The notes beneath the pieces are model-generated. The model was not told the origin of the DNA, searched no databases, and was given only the letters and a program-made list of their open reading frames with translations. This document shows, in pieces, positions 9,260 to 18,035 of a stretch of 64,000 bases of DNA (its first letter is position 1; each line of letters begins with the position of its first letter). The position numbers were made by a program, and so were the translations under genes. The stretch comes from an uncultured archaeon (GTDB lineage Archaea > Micrarchaeota > Micrarchaeia > Micrarchaeales > CABMGC01): positions 17,242 through 81,241 of the forward strand of contig CAWHMC010000013.1 in assembly GCA_963830445.1 (NCBI GenBank). Direction: 5' to 3'.

Positions 9260-10516
9260 CTAGGCCCTGCGCCTTGAGAGCTTTGTGAGCAGCGCATCCC
9301 AATCGCTCCCCACCCGCTCTGAGGAGAAGTGGGTGCACATCTTCGCGCCGCTTCGGCCCAGTCTCTCCCGTAACGCGACCTCCTTCTCGAGGCGGAGGAT
9401 CTGGCGCGCGTAGTTCTCCACCTTGTCCTCGATCACGGCGTTGACGTTGTTGCGCACCGGATAGCCCTCGAAGGCGAGGCGGGTCCCGAGGACGGGACGG
9501 CAGCGCATGAAGTAGTCGAGGACCTTGACCTTGATCCCGCTGCCCTTCATCAGCGGAGCGATGCAGAGGTCTGCGGTATCGATGAGGCGCCGCTTCTCCT
9601 CGTCGCTCACGTAGCCCAGGCACTCCACGTTGCCCTCGACGCTGCGCTCGGTGCCCGAACCGAGAAATATGAACTGCTTGCCGCGGAGCCGGGGCGCTAT
9701 GGTGCTCCTTATGAGTGCCATCGCCTGGGCGTTGGGCTCGTGGCGGCCGTTGCCGATGAACAGGATCCGCTGTATCCTCCTGCTGGTCGGATGCAGGGGC
9801 GCCTTCAACGCCTCGCCGCTGGGGCATGCTATCGTCGGAAGTACGTGGAACTTGGCCGCCTGCTTCGGGAAGCGCTTCGCGGCGATCCTGCGGTCCTCGG
9901 GAGTGAGATAGGCGACGGCGTCGAGGCCTTCGACCATCCGCGAGTAGACCTCCCAGGAGAAGGCGAGGAAGCGGTCGCTGGCGAAGGAGAGCAGGGCGCG
10001 CCTGGCCGGGGAGTCGCCATGCTGCTTCGCCGCCTCCTGGCGTATCTCCAACGAGTTCTCCACCACTCTGAAGTCATCGGTGATGGTGGCGGTGTGCACG
10101 CCCGCGTGGGCGTGCCTGTAGCGCAACAGGAAGTCGGTGAGGCTCCGGCCCAGCGAGATGAGGTATACGGGCTTGAACTGCTCCACCGCACGGTCCAGCC
10201 CCCTATTATTGTTTATTATATAGTAACTGTACTGGCTGGAGGCCAGGCCCAGCCAGGCGTAATCGATCAATCGGACCAGGGAGGTGCGCGAATCAGAGGC
10301 GATGCGGCTCTTTACGACCTCCTCGGAGTACCCCTTCTCGTTTATCAGCTTGTGCTCCCGGCCCAGCGAGAAGAGCTTGACCGTGTATCCCTTCGCGGAG
10401 AGCGCAGATGCAAGGCTGACCAGGGTGCGTGTGTTCCCCTGCTTGCCCAGGTGGACCTGCTCCGGGAAGACGATCGCGACGCGGCCCTTTTCCAGGTTTG
10501 TCCTCATGATTGCCAC
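9260..10516 (-). CDS. GT-B fold glycosyltransferase (GT4-like)
   Basis: The C-terminal half ILFIGNGRHEPNAQAM...LGYVSDEEKRRLIDTADLCIAPLMKGSGIKVKVLDYF is typical of group 1 glycosyltransferases. Confidence 0.75.
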   Translation of the reverse strand: MAIMRTNLEKGRVAIVFPEQVHLGKQGNTRTLVSLASALSAKGYTVKLFSLGREHKLINEKGYSEEVVKSRIASDSRTSLVRLIDYAWLGLASSQYSYYIINNNRGLDRAVEQFKPVYLISLGRSLTDFLLRYRHAHAGVHTATITDDFRVVENSLEIRQEAAKQHGDSPARRALLSFASDRFLAFSWEVYSRMVEGLDAVAYLTPEDRRIAAKRFPKQAAKFHVLPTIACPSGEALKAPLHPTSRRIQRILFIGNGRHEPNAQAMALIRSTIAPRLRGKQFIFLGSGTERSVEGNVECLGYVSDEEKRRLIDTADLCIAPLMKGSGIKVKVLDYFMRCRPVLGTRLAFEGYPVRNNVNAVIEDKVENYARQILRLEKEVALRERLGRSGAKMCTHFSSERVGSDWDALLTKLSRRRA

Positions 10517-10561
10517 AGTAGTACATGATTTGGCAGGTATTAATAAGTATCTCTCGCTGGG

Positions 10562-11272
10562 CTAGCGCCCCTCCAGCAGTTTCAAGAGCGCGCGGTACTG
10601 TTCAGGCGTATTTACCGTGTGGAAGGAGTCGAGGGGGTAGCAGCATAACCGCTCGCGCCCGGCCCACCTCTCCAGTACGTCGTGCTCCAGGGAGAAGACC
10701 TTCGAGCCGGGCATCTCGTCAACGGCAGCCTTGCTTATTATGTAGACTCCGGCACTTATGGTGCCTGGCTGCGGCCCGTCGAATCGTGGCTTCTCGACGA
10801 TGCGCTTGATTAGCGCCCCATCCGTCTCTATCATCCCGAATGTGCGGACGTCCTCCACCGTGGTCGTGCCGAGCGTGATGAGTGCACGATTGTTGCGATG
10901 GAGCTCGTACATCCCCTCGAGATTGGCGGTGAAAATGGTGTCCCCGTGCACCACAAGAACATCTTCTGGTTTGCCAAGCAGCTCAAACGCCGCCTTTACC
11001 GCGCCGCCGGTCCCGAGAGGCTCCTTCTCTATTATGTACATTAGCTTACCTGAACGGCGCCGCTCACTCGCGTCGAAGTGCTCAGTTATCCTCTCCGCCT
11101 TGTACCCGGCAGCGATGCAGATCCTCTGGACTCCCCAGCCCTCCAGGTCTGCAACGATGTGCTCCAGAAGTGGCTTGTCGTGCATCGGGATCATCGGCTT
11201 CGGGAGGTCGTCGGTGAGGGGCCGGAGCCTGGTCCCCTGCCCCCCTGCAAGTACTATGGCCGTGTCCAGCAT
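10562..11272 (-). CDS. Sugar-1-phosphate nucleotidylyltransferase
   Basis: MLDTAIVLAGGQGTRLRPLTDDLPKPM (GxGTRxxPxT...K signature). The track ORF runs to 12010, but the extra 246 codons are antisense to the next gene, so it is trimmed to ATG 11272. Confidence 0.85.
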   Translation of the reverse strand: MLDTAIVLAGGQGTRLRPLTDDLPKPMIPMHDKPLLEHIVADLEGWGVQRICIAAGYKAERITEHFDASERRRSGKLMYIIEKEPLGTGGAVKAAFELLGKPEDVLVVHGDTIFTANLEGMYELHRNNRALITLGTTTVEDVRTFGMIETDGALIKRIVEKPRFDGPQPGTISAGVYIISKAAVDEMPGSKVFSLEHDVLERWAGRERLCCYPLDSFHTVNTPEQYRALLKLLEGR

Positions 11273-11390
11273 GCGAATACCAGATGAAGATGCGCGAACG
11301 AGTAATATTAACGTTGCTGTCCAAGTTTTTCGAGTGCAATTGAGAATACGCCGAGAGCGCGTCCACTTTTTGCCATAAGTATAAAAAGCT

Positions 11391-12167
11391 ATGGAAACTA
11401 TTACTCTCAGAGGAGACAGTGAAGAATTCGATGCTGGCGAGATTTTGAGGAACCGTATCAGGACAGGGATAACCGGCATGGACAACATGCTGGAAGGCGG
11501 CATACCCGAAGGCAACCAGATTATCCTCGCCGGAGGGCCGGGTTCCGGAAAGACGCTCATGTCCTTCGAGTTCCTGTACAAGGGGGCGCGGGAGGGCCAG
11601 GTGGGTGTGCTCTTCTCCTTCGAAGAGGAGGCGGTGCGCATAATACAGAACGCCAAGGACGCCTTCTCTGAGTTCACGGACATAGACGATCTGATAAAGG
11701 AGAAGAAACTCGTGGTCTTCGGATCAGAGGAGACGAAACCGTTCATACAGACGGGCAACGAGCAGGTCGCATACACGTTCAGCCGGATGATCTCAGAGCT
11801 CCAGAACCGCATAGAGGCGGCTGGGGCGAAGCGCGTCGTCATCGACTCGATCTCATTCGTAAAGCTTTTCATAAGCGACCTGTTTGAATACCGTGCGCTC
11901 TCGCTCAGCCTTCTGACCGTACTCAACCGGCAGGGCGTTACCACGATAATCACAATGGAGGTGCAGAGCCAGGAGAAGAATAATGTAAATTTTGAACAGG
12001 AGTTCTTCATCTATGACGGACTGGTCATGCTCTACTTCTCCGGCTCGGACATGCAGAACAGGATGCCAACCATGGAGATAATGAAGATGCGCGGCACGCA
12101 CCACTCCTACAACGGCATACCCTACGAGATCACCAGCCGGGGCATCAACATACTCTCGATGGTCTAG
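11391..12167 (+). CDS. Single-domain KaiC/RecA-like ATPase
   Basis: Walker A GGPGSGKT, Walker B VVIDSIS, and ITGMDNMLEGGIPEG typical of archaeal KaiC-like proteins. Confidence 0.85.
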   Translation: METITLRGDSEEFDAGEILRNRIRTGITGMDNMLEGGIPEGNQIILAGGPGSGKTLMSFEFLYKGAREGQVGVLFSFEEEAVRIIQNAKDAFSEFTDIDDLIKEKKLVVFGSEETKPFIQTGNEQVAYTFSRMISELQNRIEAAGAKRVVIDSISFVKLFISDLFEYRALSLSLLTVLNRQGVTTIITMEVQSQEKNNVNFEQEFFIYDGLVMLYFSGSDMQNRMPTMEIMKMRGTHHSYNGIPYEITSRGINILSMV

Positions 12168-12178
12168 CGGCTGATTTT

Positions 12179-12583
12179 ATGCCCTCGGTATTCGAGAATT
12201 TTGAACAGCTCCTAAAGGAGGAGAAGTACGGCGAGATAATACTCTACTCCTGGGCCTACGTCGAGTACGTGGTCAACCTCCTCTTCCTGGAGGAGTTCGG
12301 CCTGTCCACAAAGAGCAAGGACAAGAAGGCGGAGTTCCTGATGGAGAAGCTGGAGTTCGAGGAGAAGTGGAAGTATCTTAAGAACGCCGGCCTTTTCACG
12401 GACAAGGAGAAGGAGCAGATCACCAGGTTCCAGAACCAGAGGAACGAGCTCTTCCACGTTACGCTCTTCAGCTCGCCCAAGTTCCACGACCCGAAGGAGA
12501 GAAAGGAGCTCACGGAGCTGGCCAAGAACGCATTCTACATAGTGGTCAACGCCTACGTCAGGAAGCACAAGCTGACTCTCTGA
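12179..12583 (+). CDS. Small helical protein with HEPN-like R-x4-H motif
   Basis: 134 aa, helical-looking, with RFQNQRNELFHV (RN-x3-H as in DUF86/HEPN). It starts 11 nt downstream of the KaiC-like gene. Confidence 0.4.
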   Translation: MPSVFENFEQLLKEEKYGEIILYSWAYVEYVVNLLFLEEFGLSTKSKDKKAEFLMEKLEFEEKWKYLKNAGLFTDKEKEQITRFQNQRNELFHVTLFSSPKFHDPKERKELTELAKNAFYIVVNAYVRKHKLTL

Positions 12584-12586
12584 GAG

Positions 12587-13276
12587 TTAGATGTTGTTCA
12601 GCCGCATCCGTATCTCCTCGGCATTTAGCTTCGTCGTGAGGAGCGGGATGCGCTCCAGCTGGGAGATCTTTATGGCCAGCTTGTCCACCGTGTCCAGGTT
12701 CTGTATGACTACGAGCTTCGGCTTTATCGGGGCAACGCGCACGACCACCATGGGGGAGCGGCCGGTGCTCACCTGGTCGAAGATGAAGGCGCGTTCGCTG
12801 GTAGTGCCGAAGAGCTTCGGGTACTCGGCGGGCTGTATCTCCAGTATTATGCGCAGGCTGTCGAGCAGGGTGTAGCCGAAGAGCTTCATCGAGTCGAGCT
12901 GCCCGGGATTCGTAACTATTTTAGCGTCGATCAGGCGCGCCAAATCTGTCCCGGTTATCGGAGCCGTGAAATCGTGTATGTAGTAGAAGGAGCCCTGCTC
13001 GTCCTTCTTGTTGAATTTGTCGAGGTTGCGGACCACCTCGCCGCCGCGCTGCGCATCGATGGTGAAGAGCGCCTGTATGAAACGCTTTATCACGCCTACT
13101 CCGGGACTCGCTCGCCTATTGCCCTCATAGTCGCTTATGGTGGAAGTGGAGATCTTAAGGTACTTGGCCAGCTCTACCTGTGAGATTCCGAACAGCTCGC
13201 GCCATTTCTTCATGGTGCTGCCCGGTGTCTCCGAGAATGCGATCTCTCCTGCAATCCGTTCCTGCAAACTGTCCAT
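12587..13276 (-). CDS. XRE-type HTH transcriptional regulator with C-terminal domain (archaeal COG1395-like architecture)
   Basis: MKKWRELFGISQVELAKYLKISTSTISDYEGNRR is an HTH_XRE motif, followed by a domain of about 150 aa. It is divergent from the 13434 operon. Confidence 0.7.
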   Translation of the reverse strand: MDSLQERIAGEIAFSETPGSTMKKWRELFGISQVELAKYLKISTSTISDYEGNRRASPGVGVIKRFIQALFTIDAQRGGEVVRNLDKFNKKDEQGSFYYIHDFTAPITGTDLARLIDAKIVTNPGQLDSMKLFGYTLLDSLRIILEIQPAEYPKLFGTTSERAFIFDQVSTGRSPMVVVRVAPIKPKLVVIQNLDTVDKLAIKISQLERIPLLTTKLNAEEIRMRLNNI

Positions 13277-13399
13277 GGATATCCTGAGAGAGTATCCGAG
13301 TTTAGAAATATAAATGGATACGTTGTGGCACGTGTGCCTAAGGGTCGCGATTTAAGGCCGTGGAGACATAGGACAGAAAGGCTTAAATAAGCTTTGAAG

Positions 13400-13408
13400 T
13401 ATAAATAA
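13400..13408 (+). promoter_or_regulatory. TATA box of the VirB-like operon
   Basis: TATAAATAA ends 26 nt upstream of ATG 13434. A second AT-rich box, CTTAAATAA, is at 13382-13390. Confidence 0.4.
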
Positions 13409-13433
13409 TTTACTGAAGTAAAAGGTTGGGAAG

Positions 13434-13814
13434 ATGGATAAACTAGGTAAATTTGGTTCGGTAGGCAGTACAATCCTGAAGATACCCCTTATCATATTGG
13501 GGGTGGGGGTCGCTTTCCTGAGGGAGGCCGGAGCGACAGGGACGTTCGCGTTCGATATCGTATCTACGCTCAATAACATCCAGGGCATACTGGTGCACAT
13601 CGGGCCCGTGCTGAGTGCGGTGCTGTTCGTTACCGCAGGGGTGTTCTACGCAGTCGGGCAGCTCTTCCCGAGCCAGAAGCGCGCGAGCCTGCACAGCGCA
13701 GCCATAGACATCATAATAGGCGCCATAATAGTGGCCGTGCTTTCGGTGGCCTCCGCAAGCCTGGCGCTCGCATCAACGAACTTGCTGTCGAACGTCACGG
13801 CAAACGTTCTCTGA
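13434..13814 (+). CDS. VirB2/TrbC/CedA1-like pilin candidate
   Basis: Signal-like N-terminus ILKIPLIILGVGVAFLREAGA. Then two hydrophobic helices (GPVLSAVLFVTAGVFYAVGQLF and AAIDIIIGAIIVAVLSVASASLALA) joined by the basic loop PSQKRASLH. Confidence 0.5.
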   Translation: MDKLGKFGSVGSTILKIPLIILGVGVAFLREAGATGTFAFDIVSTLNNIQGILVHIGPVLSAVLFVTAGVFYAVGQLFPSQKRASLHSAAIDIIIGAIIVAVLSVASASLALASTNLLSNVTANVL

Positions 13815-13827
13815 GCGGGGGAATCTC

Positions 13828-14874
13828 GTGCCATTGAGCCCCTACGGTTTCAGCATAGCAGTCTACGTGATAAGCATAATGATAGCGATAGGCGGGATCG
13901 CTCTTGGGCTGGGATACGCGCTCAATGAGAAGCGGATGAAGGAGTTCGGCCGGCGGGAGCTCTACGAGTGCGCAATCAATGGAGCCATAGTTGGGGGTCT
14001 CTTCCTTCTCTTCGTATCCGGAGGACCGGTGAGCGCGGCGATAAACCAGCTGACGCTCTCCAGCAACACCACGCTGAACTGCGGTCCCTACATGGCTGAC
14101 AACGCCGCGATGTGCCTTTCCTACGATTACCTGGTGAGCCCGCAGCCCTACACGTTCACTGGCGTGGTTCACACCTCCGTGCTCTCTCAGGTCGGGAGCA
14201 CCATAACCGGGCTTATGATACTCAATGGGATACTGGGAGGGATAGCAGGGGGGAGCGTGGACCTGATAGTGGTCCAGTTCTCCGCCTCCTATGCCATAAC
14301 CCCGATAATAAGCGAGATAACGTACATCGTGAAGATCCTCAGCACGGTTGCGATAAGCGTGACGGTCCAGGCTGCAGTTCTCGAGTTCGCAGCGGCTGGA
14401 GTGCTCACCGTCCTGTTGCCGGCGGGTGTGATCCTGCGTACATTCTACCCTACGCGGAAGCTTGGCGGCTTCCTGATGGCGGTTTCCATAGGCCTGTATG
14501 TTGTGCTGCCCCTCTCCTACGTCTTCAACGCCACGTTGGTAAATACCTACTCCTCTGTCTCATCTGGCCAGAGCATAACCCAGGTCTCGCTGAACGCCAC
14601 AGGAGCGGAGACCCAGCTCTTCCATGAGGGCACAGCGCAGAGCACCAACTCAACGTCACAAAACAGCGCGGTAGGCGGTGTGCTGAGCCTTATCTCGAAC
14701 CTCATCAACACAGTTTCGGGTCTCATAAACTGGATCCTCGGCGAGCTTGCGTACTTTATAGTTTACGCGTTCGTCCTCCCGCTCTTCAGCTTGATTGTGA
14801 CGGGGATCTCAATACGCGAGATTGCAGAGCTTTTGGGCTCGGAGGCGCGCTTCGGCAACTTCAAAATGTTGTGA
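13828..14874 (+). CDS. Polytopic membrane protein, VirB6/TrbL/CedA-like candidate
   Basis: GTG start preceded by a GGGGG. About 7-8 hydrophobic segments by eye and two Ser/Thr/Asn-rich loops with sequons. It is second in the operon. Confidence 0.45.
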   Translation: MPLSPYGFSIAVYVISIMIAIGGIALGLGYALNEKRMKEFGRRELYECAINGAIVGGLFLLFVSGGPVSAAINQLTLSSNTTLNCGPYMADNAAMCLSYDYLVSPQPYTFTGVVHTSVLSQVGSTITGLMILNGILGGIAGGSVDLIVVQFSASYAITPIISEITYIVKILSTVAISVTVQAAVLEFAAAGVLTVLLPAGVILRTFYPTRKLGGFLMAVSIGLYVVLPLSYVFNATLVNTYSSVSSGQSITQVSLNATGAETQLFHEGTAQSTNSTSQNSAVGGVLSLISNLINTVSGLINWILGELAYFIVYAFVLPLFSLIVTGISIREIAELLGSEARFGNFKML

Positions 14875-14878
14875 TCTG

Positions 14879-15607
14879 ATGGACGAGAACGAGCTACTTG
14901 ATAGGCTGTATTCCTACGCCTTCTGCGCCGCGGCGTTGGTGGTAGCGGCGTTCTCTTTGCTCTCTGGCAGTTATCTCCTCGCGCTTATCTGCGCTGCGCT
15001 CCTCCTCTGCGCCGGCGCATTCTTCAGTTCGGGGCACATAATAAACAACCTACTGCTAAAGCATTCGAACATCATCGCCTACTATAACGAATACAAGCTC
15101 AGCAGCACGCTGCTCTCTCTTACGCGCCCGGAGGGCAATATGCACAGGAGCCTCTCCGTTGCGGTGCTGCGCTCCGAGCGTGCTTCTGAAAGCTCTCCCG
15201 AGGCGCTGCGCAATCTCATAGAGGGGATGATGGAACCGTTCGAGTTCTCGATACGCATGGTGCCTGCGGACAAGAAACGAATTGTCGATGTGCTTGACGC
15301 GAAGCGTCGCATGAAGGAGTTACAAATCGCCAAGATGAAGCCCGGAAAGCCAGATGCGGTGAACTCGCTTAGGCGCGAGATACAGGTCATAGAATCGGAC
15401 ATGGAGAACATACGGAAGGGAGGGATGGCATTCGATACCGTGATAAGGATAACTGCGGTGGCGGTGGCCGAGAGCCAGATGGAAGCGGCACGCCAGTCGG
15501 TGCGGAGCCTTGAGCGGCTCTGCGATGCGTTTTCTGCGACGACAAAGTTGGAGTGCGAGATCCTCAAGGGTGAGGCACTGGTGAAGTTCATGAGGTGGAA
15601 TTCGTGA
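14879..15607 (+). CDS. Membrane-anchored protein (two TM, VirB3-like) plus soluble domain, possibly the N-terminal part of a split VirB4
   Basis: ATG 14879 lies 4 nt after the previous stop. TM helices AFCAAALVVAAFSLLSGSYLLALICAALLLCAGAFF precede a soluble domain of about 170 aa. It overlaps the ATPase gene. Confidence 0.45.
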   Translation: MDENELLDRLYSYAFCAAALVVAAFSLLSGSYLLALICAALLLCAGAFFSSGHIINNLLLKHSNIIAYYNEYKLSSTLLSLTRPEGNMHRSLSVAVLRSERASESSPEALRNLIEGMMEPFEFSIRMVPADKKRIVDVLDAKRRMKELQIAKMKPGKPDAVNSLRREIQVIESDMENIRKGGMAFDTVIRITAVAVAESQMEAARQSVRSLERLCDAFSATTKLECEILKGEALVKFMRWNS

Positions 15608-16722
15608 AGATCGTGCAGACTCTAAGCGCAACGCGCCTTTCCAACCTGATCGCTGTGCCGCGCCTATCGGAGCAATCCCACGCACAGGTAGAACGTGCAT
15701 CTGACGGGGGCATATTTATAGGATGCACCGAACGGTCGCGGATGCCTTTCTTCATGAACCCAGAGCTGGCGATAAATCCCCACCTCTTCATTGTCGGGAT
15801 GAGTGGCGGCGGAAAGACCTACCTGGCCAAGAACCTTATGATAAAACTCTACGCCGTGCTGTCGTGCCAGGTTGTTTTGATAGATTTTACGGGCGAGTAC
15901 GAGGAGTTTGCCTCCTTCGTTGGCTGTACCTACTGCCGCGACCTTAACCTGCAGCACATATTGGGCATGGAACGGCAAGAACTGGTGTACCTAAATCTGG
16001 GAAACATGAAGGAGCAGGAGAAGATTGCAAACGGACGCAGGGTAATAGCTGAGCTAACCAGCATAATGCGAATGCGCGGCCTGAACAACAGCACGCGTCT
16101 GTTCATCGTTCTGGATGAGGCGTGGAAGCTGCTGCGCTCCGATCCGGGTCTGGAGACCATCCTACGCGAAGGCCGCAAGTATCGAACGGGCCTGGTGCTC
16201 GCATCGCAGCTTATCGAGGACATGGAACGGGAGCTCTGTTCCAACGTCGCGACCTTCTTCGCATTCAGGGTGCAGGACGCGGGAAGCCTGGCACGGCTGA
16301 AACAGAACTACGAACTTGACGATGCCCAGATACTACGCATACAGAATTTGGATGTGGGAAGCTGCTGTGTGGTACAGACCTACAAGAGCGGCAGACGCGG
16401 CGTCTTCACGATCTCGCGGGTGGCTGGGCTCTCGGTGAAGGAGATGTTTGCATTGACTACAGGTGAAGCGATGGTGGAGATTGAGTTTGAGCGCGTTGAG
16501 CGGATGGTGCGCGCCCTGGCGCGGAAGGAGCCCGGCGCGGTGGTGGCGAAGATACACGCGGAGCGAGGAATCGATCTCAGCGTGTTGGTGGAAGAGCTCC
16601 TACGCCTTGGAGCCGATCGGGTGCGGGTGCTAGCGGCGCTGAGGGAGCTGGGGCTCGACGACACGACCCTGGCGGATGCGTTCGCGTACGCTGTGGCAAA
16701 GGTGAAGAAAGATGAGGAGTAG
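15595..16722 (+). CDS. VirB4/TrbE/CedB-like P-loop ATPase (C-terminal ATPase module)
   Basis: Walker A FIVGMSGGGKTYLAKN, Walker B LFIVLDEAWKLL and REGRKYRTGLVLASQLIEDM. Alternative GTG at 15604 gives a GTGA overlap with the upstream stop. Confidence 0.75.
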   Translation: MEFVKIVQTLSATRLSNLIAVPRLSEQSHAQVERASDGGIFIGCTERSRMPFFMNPELAINPHLFIVGMSGGGKTYLAKNLMIKLYAVLSCQVVLIDFTGEYEEFASFVGCTYCRDLNLQHILGMERQELVYLNLGNMKEQEKIANGRRVIAELTSIMRMRGLNNSTRLFIVLDEAWKLLRSDPGLETILREGRKYRTGLVLASQLIEDMERELCSNVATFFAFRVQDAGSLARLKQNYELDDAQILRIQNLDVGSCCVVQTYKSGRRGVFTISRVAGLSVKEMFALTTGEAMVEIEFERVERMVRALARKEPGAVVAKIHAERGIDLSVLVEELLRLGADRVRVLAALRELGLDDTTLADAFAYAVAKVKKDEE

Positions 16723-17395
16723 GCCAGAAGAGACAAAAGGATATCTGCTCTCCAGCATCCCCTTCAAGGCGAGGCTTGTGAATAGGCGCAGGCTCCTGGA
16801 ACTGTTGAAGGCATACCCGGGGCTTGAGCCCGTACGCTACGGCAGCTCGCTGCACTACTTGATACGAGAAGAGGGAGACGGCTCGCATTTTTACATGGTC
16901 GATTTCGGAATTACGCAGGTTACACTGCAGATCTTTGCGAGGACCGCGCCACTGGAGCTTCTCCATGAAGGGATGCTGCGGCTGTTGAACCTCGCCTCCT
17001 TCGTGGGCGAGGCCTACGACTTCGAGATAGCCAGCATCTTCCCCTATCTCATTCAGGTCCTGGCCCGGCAGCACATTGAGCATCTGCCGGAACGTCCGGA
17101 GCGGAACGGAAAGGAATGGGCCGGCGCAGAGATAATACTGGCGAAAAGGATCATAGAGCTGAGGAACGACAGCACCTTGCTAAAACAGCAGATGGAGTAT
17201 CAATCGGACCGCTTGGTGCGAATGCTTGCGCTGCTGCTCCCACTCCGATATCCGGGAAGGTGCAGCATGAACCAAGCGGCGAAGGAGATGGGCGCGGCAA
17301 AGGCGGAGATACGGGCCGCGGTGAGCATCTCTCAGGGAGCAGGTTACAGGGTAGTATGGCACAACGAGGAGACGTTTAGCATGGTGTGGGAATGA
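16712..17395 (+). CDS. Soluble operon protein of unknown function
   Basis: 227 aa with no TM. The ATG overlaps the ATPase stop by 11 nt. The C-terminal MNQAAKEMGAAKAEIRAAVSISQGAGYRVVW could be a small wHTH. Confidence 0.5.
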   Translation: MRSRPEETKGYLLSSIPFKARLVNRRRLLELLKAYPGLEPVRYGSSLHYLIREEGDGSHFYMVDFGITQVTLQIFARTAPLELLHEGMLRLLNLASFVGEAYDFEIASIFPYLIQVLARQHIEHLPERPERNGKEWAGAEIILAKRIIELRNDSTLLKQQMEYQSDRLVRMLALLLPLRYPGRCSMNQAAKEMGAAKAEIRAAVSISQGAGYRVVWHNEETFSMVWE

Positions 17396-17835
17396 ACGAT
17401 GCATTCTCTTATTATCTGTGGGAGACTGTGCCGATTCTCGTCGGAATCGGATTGATGCTCCTGCTGCGGGCTTTGAAAAGGAGCAGCGGCAAGGTGAGCA
17501 TAACGAGTTCGCTGCCACAAACGCTTGATCCGATATCTCTCGCTGGAGAGGGATACATGATGCGCACAGAGGAGATAATCAAACAGTTCGCCCGCGACCA
17601 GCGCATAGTCTCTGGGGAAGACCCAGTGGACTTGGATGCGAAAGACGCGTTCAAGAGCTTTGGAATATTCGACATTCATTATACCGAGGCGCTTCTGCAC
17701 CATAAAATTGATAGGGATAGTATCAGGTTGCTCCGTAGGCAATCGCCTAGGGTGAAGGACTTGATGCTGCAGTTCGGTTCTGGGGGAGCGGCGTTAATGA
17801 GCTATGCGCTCTCCTACAAAATTGAATGGATCTGA
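17392..17835 (+). CDS. Single-pass membrane protein of unknown function
   Basis: ATGA overlap with the upstream stop (GTG 17386 also possible). TM segment WETVPILVGIGLMLLLRAL. Confidence 0.5.
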   Translation: MNDAFSYYLWETVPILVGIGLMLLLRALKRSSGKVSITSSLPQTLDPISLAGEGYMMRTEEIIKQFARDQRIVSGEDPVDLDAKDAFKSFGIFDIHYTEALLHHKIDRDSIRLLRRQSPRVKDLMLQFGSGGAALMSYALSYKIEWI

Positions 17836-18035
17836 GTGATAATATGCTACTTGTGGATGAGTTTTTTGGGATGGTACTAAGGATTAGCGCGATGGCTGCA
17901 AGCACGACTATATTGTGTCTCGCATTTTATCTCGCACTGTCGAAAACCAACAGGTTTAGGGAGTTCATAGCTGCACGGCTGGTGGCATTCCTGGTCGTCC
18001 TGGTTGTGGCTTTCCTGTTAATGAGGTCGGTGTGA
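17826..18035 (+). CDS. Small two-TM membrane protein (CedA1/A2-sized)
   Basis: 69 aa with two hydrophobic helices. 10-nt overlap with the upstream gene. Confidence 0.45.
   Translation: MDLSDNMLLVDEFFGMVLRISAMAASTTILCLAFYLALSKTNRFREFIAARLVAFLVVLVVAFLLMRSV

Noticed and set aside
9099-10528. Arg/Pro/Gly-rich ORFs 9099-9827 (minus), 9740-10528 (plus) and 9829-10191 (minus)
   Set aside because: They are alternative frames of the glycosyltransferase gene. Their composition is a GC-skewed artefact and no motifs are present.
11273-12010. N-terminal 246 codons of the 482-aa ORF 10562-12010
   Set aside because: It is antisense to the KaiC-like gene and Ser-rich low complexity. The nucleotidyltransferase motif begins exactly at the internal ATG 11272.
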